Shown here: in pieces, positions 31,604 to 45,348 of the stretch
Position numbering within the stretch: position 1 is the stretch's first letter
Layout: every line of letters begins with the position of its first letter
Origin: Rhodothermales bacterium
Lineage (GTDB): Bacteria; Bacteroidota; Rhodothermia; Rhodothermales; JBHHWM01
Reading direction: 5' to 3'
DNA: 52,858 nucleotides
Assembly: GCA_046756545.1 (NCBI GenBank)
Contig: JBHHWM010000004.1
Coordinates: 1 to 52,858, forward strand
The notes under the pieces: model-generated
Databases searched by the model: none
What the model was told of the DNA's origin: nothing
Seen by the model: only the letters and a program-made list of their open reading frames with translations
Made by a program: the position numbers and the translations under genes

Positions 31604-31746
31604 AGGGATTTGGTTATTGGGACACGAGGGCGAAGCCCGACTGACGAAGTAATTGGTTATTGGGAAGTAGAGAGGCGTACGCGGCTATACCTTCCGCCCG
31701 TTTCCCACTCCCCCATTTCCCGTTTTCCAATACCCACTACCCCATC
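31604..31746. repeat. Short heptamer-period repeats in inverted arrangement
   Basis: TTGGTTATTGGG occurs twice; downstream is the 7-periodic C-rich run TTTCCCA CTCCCCC ATTTCCC GTTTTCC AATACCC ACTACCC. Confidence 0.5.
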
Positions 31747-31859
31747 TTGCAACAGTGGCCGATTCGACAGGTATAAGCAATTCTACGTATCTTGTCCTGT
31801 GTGTGCCTTCGCATGAAGCGCCGGGGCCTTGATGTCTGTATCACAACGTTCGCTAGCCT

Positions 31860-33185
31860 TTGTATACTACCCAACCTTCGGTCACTGAATCTGCCATTAT
31901 TGTCGGCGTCGTAACTCCCGGCATCTCGCGTTGGGAGGTGGAAGATTCGCTCAACGAACTCGAACTGCTGGCCGATACCGCCGGCGCGCACGTCACGGAT
32001 CGTATCATTCAACTCCTGCCTCGTCTCAGTGCTTCGACCTATATCGGAAAGGGCAAGGTGGCCGAACTCAAACAACTTGTCGGGACCCGCAAGACCGACC
32101 TGGTGATTTTCGACGACGATCTGGCCCCGGTGCAGATTCGCAACCTGGAGAAGACGCTCGGCTGTAAAATGCTCGACCGTTCGGCGCTCATCCTCGACAT
32201 CTTCGCTACGCGGGCCAAAACCGCCGTTGCTAAAACGCAGGTCGAACTGGCCCAACTCGAATACCTGCGCACGCGTCTGACTCGCCAGTGGACACACCTT
32301 TCCCGGCAAAAAGGCGGCATCGGCACCAAAGGACCCGGCGAAACGCAGATCGAGACGGACCGCCGCCTCATCGGCAGCCGTATCGCTACCCTGACCGAGC
32401 GCCTGAAGAAGATCGACCGGCAGCGTACGACACAGCGCAAGGGACGTGAGCAGCACACCCGCGTCTCGCTCGTCGGGTACACCAACGCGGGAAAATCCAC
32501 GTTGATGAATGCGCTGGCCCATACGAATGTCGTTGCCGAGGACCGGCTCTTTGCCACCCTCGATGCCACCACGCGCCTCGTCAACCTCGCGCCCAACAAA
32601 GACGTCTTACTCTCCGACACGGTCGGCTTCATTCGCAAGCTGCCGCACAAGCTCATCGAGAGTTTCAAAAGTACACTCGATGAGGTGCGCGAGAGCGACG
32701 TGCTGCTTCACGTAGTGGATGTGACGCATCCGCGCTACGAAGATCAGGTCCGCATCGTCAATGAGACGCTCAAAGAACTCGGGGCGCTCGACAAGCCGAC
32801 GCTCACGGTGTTCAACAAAGTGGACGCTCTCGACGAGCATGGCGTACTCGGTGCCCTGCGCCATGAGTATCCGGAAGCGGCTTTCGTCTCGGCGCTACGC
32901 GGCATCGGTCTGGAAGACCTCAAAGGACGTCTCTTCGACGTGATTGAACAAGATTTCGTCGAGCGGATCGCTTATGTGCCGCTTTCGGAGGCTAAAGCGA
33001 TTTCGCACATTCATCGCGTGGCCGATGTGCTCTCGGAGGAGTATATGTATGCGGAAAACGGCGATGGGAGCGCTGAACCCCAGGCTGTGGCGCGGCTTCG
33101 CTTCCGGGCTGCGCGGAAGCACGTCCAGGACTTATCGCCCCTGCTGGCAAGATTTTCCTGCCTCATGCCGCTTCCCTCTGGCTAA
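31860..33185 (+). CDS. hflX: Ribosome-splitting GTPase HflX
   Basis: GPGETQIETDRR, GYTNAGKS, LFATLD, DTVGF, NKVD; TTG start. Confidence 0.97.
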   Translation: MYTTQPSVTESAIIVGVVTPGISRWEVEDSLNELELLADTAGAHVTDRIIQLLPRLSASTYIGKGKVAELKQLVGTRKTDLVIFDDDLAPVQIRNLEKTLGCKMLDRSALILDIFATRAKTAVAKTQVELAQLEYLRTRLTRQWTHLSRQKGGIGTKGPGETQIETDRRLIGSRIATLTERLKKIDRQRTTQRKGREQHTRVSLVGYTNAGKSTLMNALAHTNVVAEDRLFATLDATTRLVNLAPNKDVLLSDTVGFIRKLPHKLIESFKSTLDEVRESDVLLHVVDVTHPRYEDQVRIVNETLKELGALDKPTLTVFNKVDALDEHGVLGALRHEYPEAAFVSALRGIGLEDLKGRLFDVIEQDFVERIAYVPLSEAKAISHIHRVADVLSEEYMYAENGDGSAEPQAVARLRFRAARKHVQDLSPLLARFSCLMPLPSG

Positions 33186-33297
33186 GGGAAACGTAATTTT
33201 TTACTTTTGGGGCGAAAAAAAAGGACGGGCATCTAAAAATCGCTTGCGTCTCGACGATGATATTCGTAAAAACCTGTCCGACGATCTGTTACGCTGA

Positions 33298-33319
33298 TCA
33301 GCAACATTATCGTTGCTGA
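33298..33319. promoter_or_regulatory. Palindromic candidate operator TCAGCAAC-N6-GTTGCTGA
   Basis: Perfect 8-bp arms in an AT-rich intergenic region about 90 bp upstream of the CBS gene. Confidence 0.4.
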
Positions 33320-33410
33320 AGTTACTAACAAGAGAACGCAAAACGGTACGGCAATTGCAGCGTTTCATAGGTGTACGACGAAACGCATGCACTGACCCTT
33401 TGTCAGCATC

Positions 33411-34073
33411 ATGACCATCCAGGCGCTCATCAATCAATCCACTCCGCCGCTCAAGCCGAGCGACACGGTGGAGCATGCGCTGGGCTTGATGATGGAACTG
33501 CGCGTGCGGCATTTGCCGGTCGTCAACGGCATGGGCCTGTTGCTCGGGGTTGTTTCGGAAGATCAATTGCTCGACGCTTCCGGCCCGGAGGCCCTGATCA
33601 GCAGCCTGTTAGGGCCGAATCCGCTAATCGTCGAGCCGGATGCCCACGTGTTCGATGTCACGAAGATCATGGTGCGGCACGACCTGACGACGGTGCCGGT
33701 GGCCACCGAAGGGAGGCGCTACGCCGGGCTCGTCCGGCGCTACGACATTTTCGACCAGTTTGCGCGCATGCTCTCGACGCAGGAAGCCGGTGCCATCCTG
33801 GCCATCGAGGTCGATCCTCGCGATTATTCGCTGAGCCAACTCGTCTATTTCATCGAGCAGAACGATGTCAAGATTCTCTCGATTGCTACGGAGACGCCGA
33901 GCACCCCGACCGGCACGATCCGCATCACGCTGAAGCTCAACGTAAGCGACACCTCTCGTGTGCGTCACGTGCTGGAGCATCACGGCTACCACGTGGTGGC
34001 CTCGTTCAGCGACGAGGACGACGAAGAACTACAGTTTCGCGTGCAGGAATTCATGCGGTATCTCGAAGTGTGA
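33411..34073 (+). CDS. CBS-pair plus ACT-like domain protein (AcuB-like)
   Basis: HLPVVN..GVVSE, TVPV; C-terminal DYSLSQL..IEQND.KILS and F.RYLEV. Confidence 0.88.
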   Translation: MTIQALINQSTPPLKPSDTVEHALGLMMELRVRHLPVVNGMGLLLGVVSEDQLLDASGPEALISSLLGPNPLIVEPDAHVFDVTKIMVRHDLTTVPVATEGRRYAGLVRRYDIFDQFARMLSTQEAGAILAIEVDPRDYSLSQLVYFIEQNDVKILSIATETPSTPTGTIRITLKLNVSDTSRVRHVLEHHGYHVVASFSDEDDEELQFRVQEFMRYLEV

Positions 34074-34093
34074 CGACCCCGCTTTTCGTATAG

Positions 34094-34128
34094 AAGAAGG
34101 GACCTCGCTTGCCGTGAGGTCCCTTCTT
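34094..34128. terminator. Bidirectional intrinsic terminator
   Basis: AAGAAGGGACCTC-N9-GAGGTCCCTTCTT, a 13-bp stem between convergent genes. Confidence 0.75.
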
Positions 34129-34176
34129 TGTTGGGGCTGTTTGCTTTAACGACGCCCGGGCGACGGCAGGAGTTTT

Positions 34177-35505
34177 CTACCGGCTGGCAGGAAGTATTTC
34201 CACCGGGGTGCCGTTCATTTTGTACACCGTGCCTGCCTTCATCACGAACGACACGTCGCGTATCACCGAAATGTCGTCGAGCGGGTTGCGCGGCACGGCG
34301 ACGACGTCGGCGAACTTGCCGGGCTCCAGCGTGCCGAGGTGGTCGAGTTGTCCCAGCAAGTCGGCGGCGTTCCAGGTGGCCGTGCGGAGGGTTTCCATCG
34401 GCGGCATCCCGGCCTCGACCATGTAGGTGAATTCTTTCCAGTTACGCCCGTGTTTGAATACACCGGCGTCAGTACCGAACGCGATGGGCACACCGGCCTG
34501 GTAGGCTTTGGCAAAGGTGCCCTGGATGACCGGACCCACTTCCAGCGCTTTCTTCGTGACCACCGGCACGTAGTACCCGGCAATCCGGGCCGAGTCGGCG
34601 ACGCTCTTCCCGGCGGTGATGGTCGGCACGAGGTAGACGCCGTGATCCTTCATCATCTGCATGGTTTCGGCGCTCATGTAGGTGCCGTGCTCGATGGAGG
34701 CGATACCGGCGCGGATGGCGCGTTTCATCCCTTCGTCGCCGTGGGCATGGGCCGTCACTTTGAGGCCGTGGTCGCGGGCCGTCTCGACGATGGCGCGGAT
34801 TTCTTCTTCTTTGAAATGCGCGCCGGTACCGTCGCCGGCGATGGAGAGCACGCCGCCGGTAGCCGTGATTTTGATGACGTCGGCCCCGCGTTTGATGGCG
34901 ATACGCGTGGCGCGGATGGCGCTCTCGACGCCGTCCACGATGCCTTCTGCTTCATCGGGGACGCCCATGATGTCTTCGCGATAGCCGTTCGTGGCATCGG
35001 CATGGCCGCCGGTGACGGCGAGGCTCTTGCCGGCCACAAACATGCGTGGCCCCACCACATCGCCCCGATTGATTGCTTTTTTGAGCGAGGGACCGACGCC
35101 TTCGTTGCTCCCTACATTGCGGACGGAGGTGAACCCGGCCATCAACGTGGTGCGCGCATAGCGTGTGGCCTGGAGTGCCTGGTCGACGGGCGTGAGGCGG
35201 AAACGGTCGATGTATCCGCCTTTACGGCTTTCGCCGGTGAGGTGCGTGTGCATGTCGATCAGGCCCGGCATGCAGTAGGCGTCCCGCAAATCTACGACCG
35301 TGTCGGCGGCACGCGGATTCGTGTAGCCGTCCTCCACGGCGGCCACCCGCCGGCCTTCGACGATGATGGTGCGTTGCGTCATCGGGGTCATCGAGACGCC
35401 GGGGTCGAGCAGCGTGCCGCAGTGAACGAGTGTGCGCTGTGCATGGGCGGATGCTACGCCGAGCAGCAGGCCCACCACCGCACAGATAAACCATCGAGGA
35501 TGCAT
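34177..35505 (-). CDS. Secreted amidohydrolase (Xaa-Pro dipeptidase / carboxypeptidase-like)
   Basis: Signal peptide AHA|Q; PGLIDMHTH, IKITATGGVLS, AHAHG, IEHG, FGTDAG. Confidence 0.92.
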   Translation of the reverse strand: MHPRWFICAVVGLLLGVASAHAQRTLVHCGTLLDPGVSMTPMTQRTIIVEGRRVAAVEDGYTNPRAADTVVDLRDAYCMPGLIDMHTHLTGESRKGGYIDRFRLTPVDQALQATRYARTTLMAGFTSVRNVGSNEGVGPSLKKAINRGDVVGPRMFVAGKSLAVTGGHADATNGYREDIMGVPDEAEGIVDGVESAIRATRIAIKRGADVIKITATGGVLSIAGDGTGAHFKEEEIRAIVETARDHGLKVTAHAHGDEGMKRAIRAGIASIEHGTYMSAETMQMMKDHGVYLVPTITAGKSVADSARIAGYYVPVVTKKALEVGPVIQGTFAKAYQAGVPIAFGTDAGVFKHGRNWKEFTYMVEAGMPPMETLRTATWNAADLLGQLDHLGTLEPGKFADVVAVPRNPLDDISVIRDVSFVMKAGTVYKMNGTPVEILPASR

Positions 35506-35546
35506 ATCTCTTTTCAGGGCTGAGGTGGAGAGGACGGAGAACCCCC

Positions 35547-35580
35547 CAAAGTAACGGAATTTGCCTTCGGAGGAAATGTA
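35547..35580 (-). promoter_or_regulatory. Putative promoter CATTTC-N17-GTTACTTTG
   Basis: 25/34 ungapped identity with 37126-37159. Confidence 0.5.
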
Positions 35581-35634
35581 AAACCGTTTTTCAGTTAGAA
35601 TCGGCGGCAGGATTGCCTCTGGACGTCCGACCAG

Positions 35635-37098
35635 TTAGCCATCCACGCACGAGGCGTCGAGGCCGGAGGCCGCGCCCGATTCGATAAACTGCCGGTTGAT
35701 GCGTTGCACGCAGGGAGTGAGGGGCACATGACCGGCGTCGGGAATGACGAGGTGGAGGCTGTTGGGGAGCGCGGCGGCAATCTCCTCGCCCCATCCTACT
35801 GGGGTGGCCGGGTCCCGCTCGCCCGAGATGATCAGCACCGGCATCTCGGAGGCGACGAGTTGGTGGTAGTCGTTCGGAATGTCGCCGCGAGGCCAGTGTG
35901 TGCAGGCGCGCTCATACCTCCGAAAGAGCGACTCGCCCAGCAAGGTGTCCTTCGTGAGCGCCGCGATTTCTGCGTCGGTGGTGAAGGGAATGTCCTCGGC
36001 GCAGAACACCGAAAGGTGCATGCCTGTGGCGAAGTTGGACGCTACCCAGCGAGACCGTTGCACGTAATAGCCCGGAAATCCCGACCACCCCCCGGTTGTG
36101 GTTGCCTCGGCGACCCAGGCGGGAATGTTCTCGGCCAGGCTGCCATAGAGCATGCCCCGGACGGCGTAGCCGAAGTCCCCCATGGAAAACGGGACCGTCG
36201 CTGTCGAGCCGTCCGACAGCGACGCCGAGACCTCCACGGGACCGTGTTCGAAGCGCGCCACGAGGGCATCGAACTGGGCTCGCAACTCTGGAAACCGGGT
36301 GGAGCAGGCCGCATCGTGCTCGCAGTCCGTGAACAGCCATTCCAGGGACCGGTCCACGTTTTGCGCGTCGTGCAGGTGTACGTTGACGTGCGGCGGCGCG
36401 ACTCCGTTTACGATGACGGAACGGACGCGCTCCGGGTGCCGCCGGAGAAAGACCAGCGCCACACGTGTGCCGTACGAAGTGCCGAAGAGGTTCACGCGCT
36501 CATACCCGAGCCATTCCAGCACTTCGTCGATGTCGTCGACGGCGATGGGGGTGGAGTAGAGCCTGAGGTCGGCCACAACGCCTAACCTGGCGGCACACGC
36601 CCGGATGTGATCGTCCGGGAAGAGCGTGCCGAAGAGCGAGGCCTCGCCGCCAGGGAGCGTCGTATTGCAGGCAAGCCGCGCGGAAGCTCCCGTCCCTCGC
36701 TGATCCACGAAGACGAGGTCTCGCCGTCGCCGGATGTTCGGGAGCACATCGACCAGGAAGCGCGCCACATCGACCGACGATCCGCCGGGGCCGCCCTCGA
36801 AATAGACGACCGGGTCGGGCTCGGCGTTCGATTCCAGGGCCTTGACTACCAGGACGTTGAGGTCGATGGTTCGTCCCGACCGGGCGGATCGATCCTCGTA
36901 CACCGTGTAGGTGCCGCACAGGGTCGAGCCTGCGATGCCGGGCACTGTGCAGGGCTCCAGGGTGCGAGCGAAGGAGGAAGGAATGGAGTCTGTCGCGCTG
37001 CCGTCTTGCCCGTCATCCGGCTGGACGGCGGCGACGGGGTCCGAAGCACACGCGACGAGGACGAGCGCGGCGGTAGCCAGTAGCGTTATCCGTTCCAT
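35635..37098 (-). CDS. Alpha/beta hydrolase lipoprotein (TAP-like peptidase, S33)
   Basis: Lipobox LVAC; GGPGGS, DQRGTG, GTSYG nucleophile, DPATP, GH. Confidence 0.9.
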   Translation of the reverse strand: MERITLLATAALVLVACASDPVAAVQPDDGQDGSATDSIPSSFARTLEPCTVPGIAGSTLCGTYTVYEDRSARSGRTIDLNVLVVKALESNAEPDPVVYFEGGPGGSSVDVARFLVDVLPNIRRRRDLVFVDQRGTGASARLACNTTLPGGEASLFGTLFPDDHIRACAARLGVVADLRLYSTPIAVDDIDEVLEWLGYERVNLFGTSYGTRVALVFLRRHPERVRSVIVNGVAPPHVNVHLHDAQNVDRSLEWLFTDCEHDAACSTRFPELRAQFDALVARFEHGPVEVSASLSDGSTATVPFSMGDFGYAVRGMLYGSLAENIPAWVAEATTTGGWSGFPGYYVQRSRWVASNFATGMHLSVFCAEDIPFTTDAEIAALTKDTLLGESLFRRYERACTHWPRGDIPNDYHQLVASEMPVLIISGERDPATPVGWGEEIAAALPNSLHLVIPDAGHVPLTPCVQRINRQFIESGAASGLDASCVDG

Positions 37099-37125
37099 CG
37101 TTGTCTGTCTGGATAGAAGATGGCG

Positions 37126-37159
37126 CAAAGTAACCGATTCCGCCTTTGAGAGAAATGCA
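37126..37159 (-). promoter_or_regulatory. Putative promoter CATTTC-N17-GTTACTTTG
   Basis: Matches 35547-35580; lies 28 bp upstream of the ATG at 37098. Confidence 0.5.
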
Positions 37160-37330
37160 CTTTTTTTGCCGGGGGAGCATTGTGCCGCGCTGGAAAGGCG
37201 AGGCCGGGATGCTGAAAAGGACCGCCGGGCACCGTTCAGCAGGGCCTCCCGGTGATACGATCCGGCTGAAATATCCATGGGATCTTCGGTACGGCGGCGT
37301 TCGTTGCATCAGCACGTTGACACACTGCGA

Positions 37331-39434
<2,104 letters not shown>

Positions 39435-39444
39435 GTTCGTGCGG

Positions 39445-39948
39445 ATGAACCCCCTGCCTCAGGACGACCGGGCCGAAGCCGCCGTATGGCAGGCCATGGT
39501 GCTGTTTTCGACGCTCTCGACGGCGACGGAGGTGTGGCGCGCCGCGCGAGAACGCCGGGCCGGGCATGACCCGTCGGAGCAGGAAGAGGCGGTCTTTGTG
39601 CGGTCTTATCTGCGCGAAGCCGCCGGTGTGTTGCAGGCGCGGCTAATGCGGATGCAGGCCGGTCTCATTCAGGCCGAGCGCGAGGAGCCGGGGTACCTCG
39701 CCGCGTTGGTGCGCCGCTATCACGACCTGATGGCCCTGCATCGCGTGGTAAAGCACCTGCATGTCGTTCACCAGCGCCTGCTCAGCCTCTACCCTGGCAT
39801 CCCGGAAGTGCTCGTTGAGGAGGCGCGGTTGTTGGAGGGCGAGGGGCACGTGTTGCTCGAAGCAGAGAGCAACGTCTTTCTGGCGCAGTTGGGGCCGTTT
39901 TTGCATCGCGCGCTGGTTTTCACCGGAGATCTCCACCGGTTCGTTTAA
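39445..39948 (+). CDS. Hypothetical all-helical protein
   Basis: ATG 10 bp after the thiC stop; 167 codons with host-like codon usage; no recognisable motif. Confidence 0.6.
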   Translation: MNPLPQDDRAEAAVWQAMVLFSTLSTATEVWRAARERRAGHDPSEQEEAVFVRSYLREAAGVLQARLMRMQAGLIQAEREEPGYLAALVRRYHDLMALHRVVKHLHVVHQRLLSLYPGIPEVLVEEARLLEGEGHVLLEAESNVFLAQLGPFLHRALVFTGDLHRFV

Positions 39949-40179
39949 ACAGGGATAAGGAGAACAGGGCAGGAACGACCTTTTCTGTTTTCTCATACTC
40001 CTTTCCCGTTTCCGCTTCGTATTTTCGGGTCGTCGAAGGGTCAGGCGCGACGGCTCGTTGGCAGAACATGAAAGCGCGGAGTGCGTTCTATACCGAATGT
40101 GCGAAACCTGGCTTTTCAGTCTAATAAGCAAGATTTTTAAGATACCTCATCCACCAGCCATGTTGTGGCGGAAGCATCT

Positions 40180-42132
<1,953 letters not shown>

Positions 42133-42152
42133 GAGAAACGATAGCATTAAGG

Positions 42153-42180
42153 GTAGGTGCGCAGCACGCCGTGCTCCTAC
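42153..42180. repeat. GTAG-type REP-like palindrome
   Basis: GTAGGTGCGCAGCACGCCGTGCTCCTAC, an imperfect palindrome bounded by GTAG/CTAC just after the gyrB stop; single copy in the window. Confidence 0.55.
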
Positions 42181-42218
42181 GTCGTTTATTTCCTGGTCTT
42201 GCCTAATCTGATACGTCC

Positions 42219-43199
42219 ATGCCCGCCTTCGAGCCGGACCTGACCGTCGTTGTGCCTGTCTTCGAGGAAGAGGAGTCGTTACCCGAACTGGCCCGGCAGA
42301 TTCAGGCCGCCTGCGAGGCCGAAGGCTTTTCCTTCGAAGTGTTGTTCATCGACGACGGATCGCAGGACGGTTCGTGGCAGGTGATCCAGGGCCTGCACGC
42401 CGCCGACACTCGGTTCTGCGGACTGCGCTTTCGGCGGAACTACGGCAAGTCGGCGGCGCTAGACGCCGGGTTCGAGCAGGCGCAGGGCCGCTACGTTCTC
42501 ACCATGGACGCCGACTTGCAGGACGATCCCGCCGAGATCCCCGCGCTCGTGGCCATGTTGGAGGAGGGGTGCGACCTCGTCAGCGGTTGGAAGAAAAAGC
42601 GGCATGATCCGCTCCGCAAGACCATCCCGAGCCGGTTCTTTAACCTGATCACGCGCATCGTCTCGGGCATCAAACTGCACGATTTCAACTGTGGACTCAA
42701 AGCTTATCGGCGGGAGGTCGTCAAGAGCATCCATGTCTACGGCGAAATGCACCGATACATCCCGCTGCTGGCCAAGTGGGAAGGCTACGAGCGCATTGGG
42801 GAGAAGGTTGTTCATCACCGTGCGCGTCAGTACGGCCGCACGAAGTTCGGGCTGGAGCGCTACATTCGCGGCTTCCTCGACCTGATCTCCGTGGCCTTCC
42901 TCACGCGCTTTGCGGCCCGTCCGTTGCACTTCTTCGGTATGCTCGGTACGCTGGCCTTTCTGGGCGGCATTGCCATTAGCCTGTGGCTGTCCATCGACAA
43001 GCTTTTTTTCGGCAATCCCATTGGCGACCGCCCGCTCTTGCTTTTCGGCGCGCTGCTCATTTTGCTCGGCGCGCAACTCTTCTCCACCGGCCTGCTGGGT
43101 GACATGATCATCCGCCGCCGCATGGAGGAGGGCCGGGTCTATCAGATCAGCGAGATCATCGAACCCGCCGAGGCAGGAGATAGATACAGTGCCCATTGA
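42219..43199 (+). CDS. GT2 polyprenyl-phosphate glycosyltransferase (ArnC/GtrB/DPM1-like)
   Basis: IDDGSQDGS, RNYGKSAAL, DADLQDDP, two C-terminal TM helices. Confidence 0.93.
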   Translation: MPAFEPDLTVVVPVFEEEESLPELARQIQAACEAEGFSFEVLFIDDGSQDGSWQVIQGLHAADTRFCGLRFRRNYGKSAALDAGFEQAQGRYVLTMDADLQDDPAEIPALVAMLEEGCDLVSGWKKKRHDPLRKTIPSRFFNLITRIVSGIKLHDFNCGLKAYRREVVKSIHVYGEMHRYIPLLAKWEGYERIGEKVVHHRARQYGRTKFGLERYIRGFLDLISVAFLTRFAARPLHFFGMLGTLAFLGGIAISLWLSIDKLFFGNPIGDRPLLLFGALLILLGAQLFSTGLLGDMIIRRRMEEGRVYQISEIIEPAEAGDRYSAH

Positions 43200-43217
43200 A
43201 CATGGTCCGTTGAAGCG

Positions 43218-44372
43218 TTGAAGTTGCCAGTTTCTACCTCGCACAGGCGTAAAAGGGTTGTGTTTGTCGGCCCCATGCATCCGTATCGGGGAGGGATCGC
43301 CCATTTTTTTGAAACGATGTACCGGGGGATGCAGCAGCGGGGGCACGAGGTGCACGCCGTCACCTTCACCCGGCAGTATCCCGAACTGTTGTTCCCCGGC
43401 AAGACGCAGTATGAAACCGGTACGGTAGATCATCCCGTGCCGGCGGTTCGATTGATCGACACCATCAATCCGCTGAGTTGGCGACGCACCGCCCGGTTCA
43501 TCGAGGACGTGCACCCCGATGCCGTCGTCTTCAAATACTGGATGCCCTTTTTTGCCCCTTCCTTCGGAACGATCGCACGCCGGGTGCGCCGGAAGGACAT
43601 CAACGTGGTGGTCGTCGTCGATAATGCCATTCCCCACGAGCGACGTCCGGGCGACCTGGCGCTGGGGCGTTATTTTCTGAAGACCGCCGCCGGCTTCATC
43701 GTCATGTCGGATGCCGTTCGAGAGGATGTGCGTTTTCTCGGAATGGAAGCCCCCGTTCGACAAATCGTGCACCCCGTCTATGACCTGTTCGGGGAAGCCT
43801 TGCCCCGGGATCAGGCCCGATGGCAACTCGGGCTGCCTCCGGACGCCCCGGTGCTCTTGTTCTTCGGGTTCGTCCGGAGGTACAAAGGCTTACACGTTTT
43901 GCTGGAGAGCATGCCCCGTGTGGTCGAAGCGTTGCCCCAGGTACGCCTGGTCGTCGCCGGTGAATTCTACGACGATGAAGCCCCCTACCGCGCCTTCATC
44001 GAGCAACACGGGTTGCAGGAGTCCGTGCAGATCCACGCGGATTACATCCCGAACAGCGACGTGCCCCACTTTTTTTCCGCAGCGGATGTGGTGGTCCAGC
44101 CCTATGTGTCAGCGACTCAGAGCGGAGTGGCCCAGATCGCGTTTCATTTCGACACCCCTTCGATCATTACCGACGTCGGTGGGTTGGCCGAAGTGGTGCC
44201 GCACGAGAGAGCGGGGCTCGTCGTGCCGCCTGAGGACCCCGACGCCCTCGCCGGGGCCATCCTTCGCTTTTTCGAAGAGAACCTGAGTGAACGCCTGGTG
44301 GAGGGCGTGCGGCACGAGAAGAAAAAATATAGCTGGGATCGATTATATGAGGCCCTGGAAGAACTACTTTGA
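43218..44372 (+). CDS. GT4 family glycosyltransferase
   Basis: PYRGGIA, FFGFVRRYKGL, PYVSATQSGV, VGGLAE; start uncertain (TTG). Confidence 0.9.
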   Translation: MKLPVSTSHRRKRVVFVGPMHPYRGGIAHFFETMYRGMQQRGHEVHAVTFTRQYPELLFPGKTQYETGTVDHPVPAVRLIDTINPLSWRRTARFIEDVHPDAVVFKYWMPFFAPSFGTIARRVRRKDINVVVVVDNAIPHERRPGDLALGRYFLKTAAGFIVMSDAVREDVRFLGMEAPVRQIVHPVYDLFGEALPRDQARWQLGLPPDAPVLLFFGFVRRYKGLHVLLESMPRVVEALPQVRLVVAGEFYDDEAPYRAFIEQHGLQESVQIHADYIPNSDVPHFFSAADVVVQPYVSATQSGVAQIAFHFDTPSIITDVGGLAEVVPHERAGLVVPPEDPDALAGAILRFFEENLSERLVEGVRHEKKKYSWDRLYEALEELL

Positions 44373-44577
44373 TTCTTTTCATGGTCGCATACTCCAGGGG
44401 AAGCCTCGCGGTGTCCTCCTGGGTGTGCGACGACGTATCGGAGACAAGGAAGCGGGGACGCTGGTTCGTCGATTCCTCAGCTTTCGGTCTCTTCGGTTCC
44501 AGGTGGCAATCCGTGGGCACAACGTGAATTACATTACCTCTTCCGGATACCGCGCAGCTTGCGGCGAGGAGTAGCCT

Positions 44578-45306
44578 ATGATGCCCGTCGTAATTCTATG
44601 TGGAGGACTCGGCACCCGGCTGCGTGCCGTGATGGATGATCGCCCCAAGGTGCTCGCGCCAATCGAAGGGGAACCCTTCCTGGGCTATGTGCTTCATCAT
44701 CTATGCAGGCAAGGCTTCGACGAGGTGTTTCTGAGTACCGGCTATCTTGGCGAGATGGTGGCCGACTATGCAGGCGACGGGGCGCGGTGGCAATTGCAGG
44801 TGCAGTGCGTGCACGAGCCCGCGCCGCTGAGCACGGGAGGCGCGCTGCGCTACGTAGCCGATAAAATGAACGTGCACGAACCGTTTCTGGCACTCAACGG
44901 GGATACGTTTTTTTCCGGTTCGCTCGCCCGTCTCGTGGCCTTCCACGCGTCGACGCCGGGTGCGCAGGCGAGCCTGGCTCTGGTGCAGGTGCCGAGAGCC
45001 GATCGGTACGGGATCGTTCAGGCCGAGTCCCGGAATGGTGCCATACGGGCGTTCCTGGAAAAGCCGGCCGGTCCTGCGGAGCCCGCCTGGATCAACGCCG
45101 GCGTCTATGTTCTCGCCCCGGCGCTCATCGAGGCTATACCGGCTGACCGGAACGTATCACTGGAACGCGACGTTTTTCCTCGCTGGATCGGACGGGGGCT
45201 CTACGGGTGCCGGTTTCCCGAGGCCCGTTTCCTCGATATCGGCACGCCGGAAGAGTACGCGCAGGCCCCGACGGTGCTGCCGCCTTTGCCGGGCCGCGCT
45301 CCGTGA
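44578..45306 (+). CDS. hddC: Sugar-1-phosphate nucleotidyltransferase, probably heptose-1-phosphate guanylyltransferase
   Basis: GGLGTRL..PK, NGDT, INAGVY, SLERD, FLDIGTPE; adjacent to hddA, gmhA and gmhB. Confidence 0.8.
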   Translation: MMPVVILCGGLGTRLRAVMDDRPKVLAPIEGEPFLGYVLHHLCRQGFDEVFLSTGYLGEMVADYAGDGARWQLQVQCVHEPAPLSTGGALRYVADKMNVHEPFLALNGDTFFSGSLARLVAFHASTPGAQASLALVQVPRADRYGIVQAESRNGAIRAFLEKPAGPAEPAWINAGVYVLAPALIEAIPADRNVSLERDVFPRWIGRGLYGCRFPEARFLDIGTPEEYAQAPTVLPPLPGRAP

Positions 45307-45348
45307 CAGGCCGGTCCCGTTCCCACGACGTCCCAACCCCTCGATGTT

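Noticed and set aside
44373-44577. Possible small ORF or RNA between the GT4 gene and hddC
   Set aside because: No convincing start, RBS, motif or stable structure seen.
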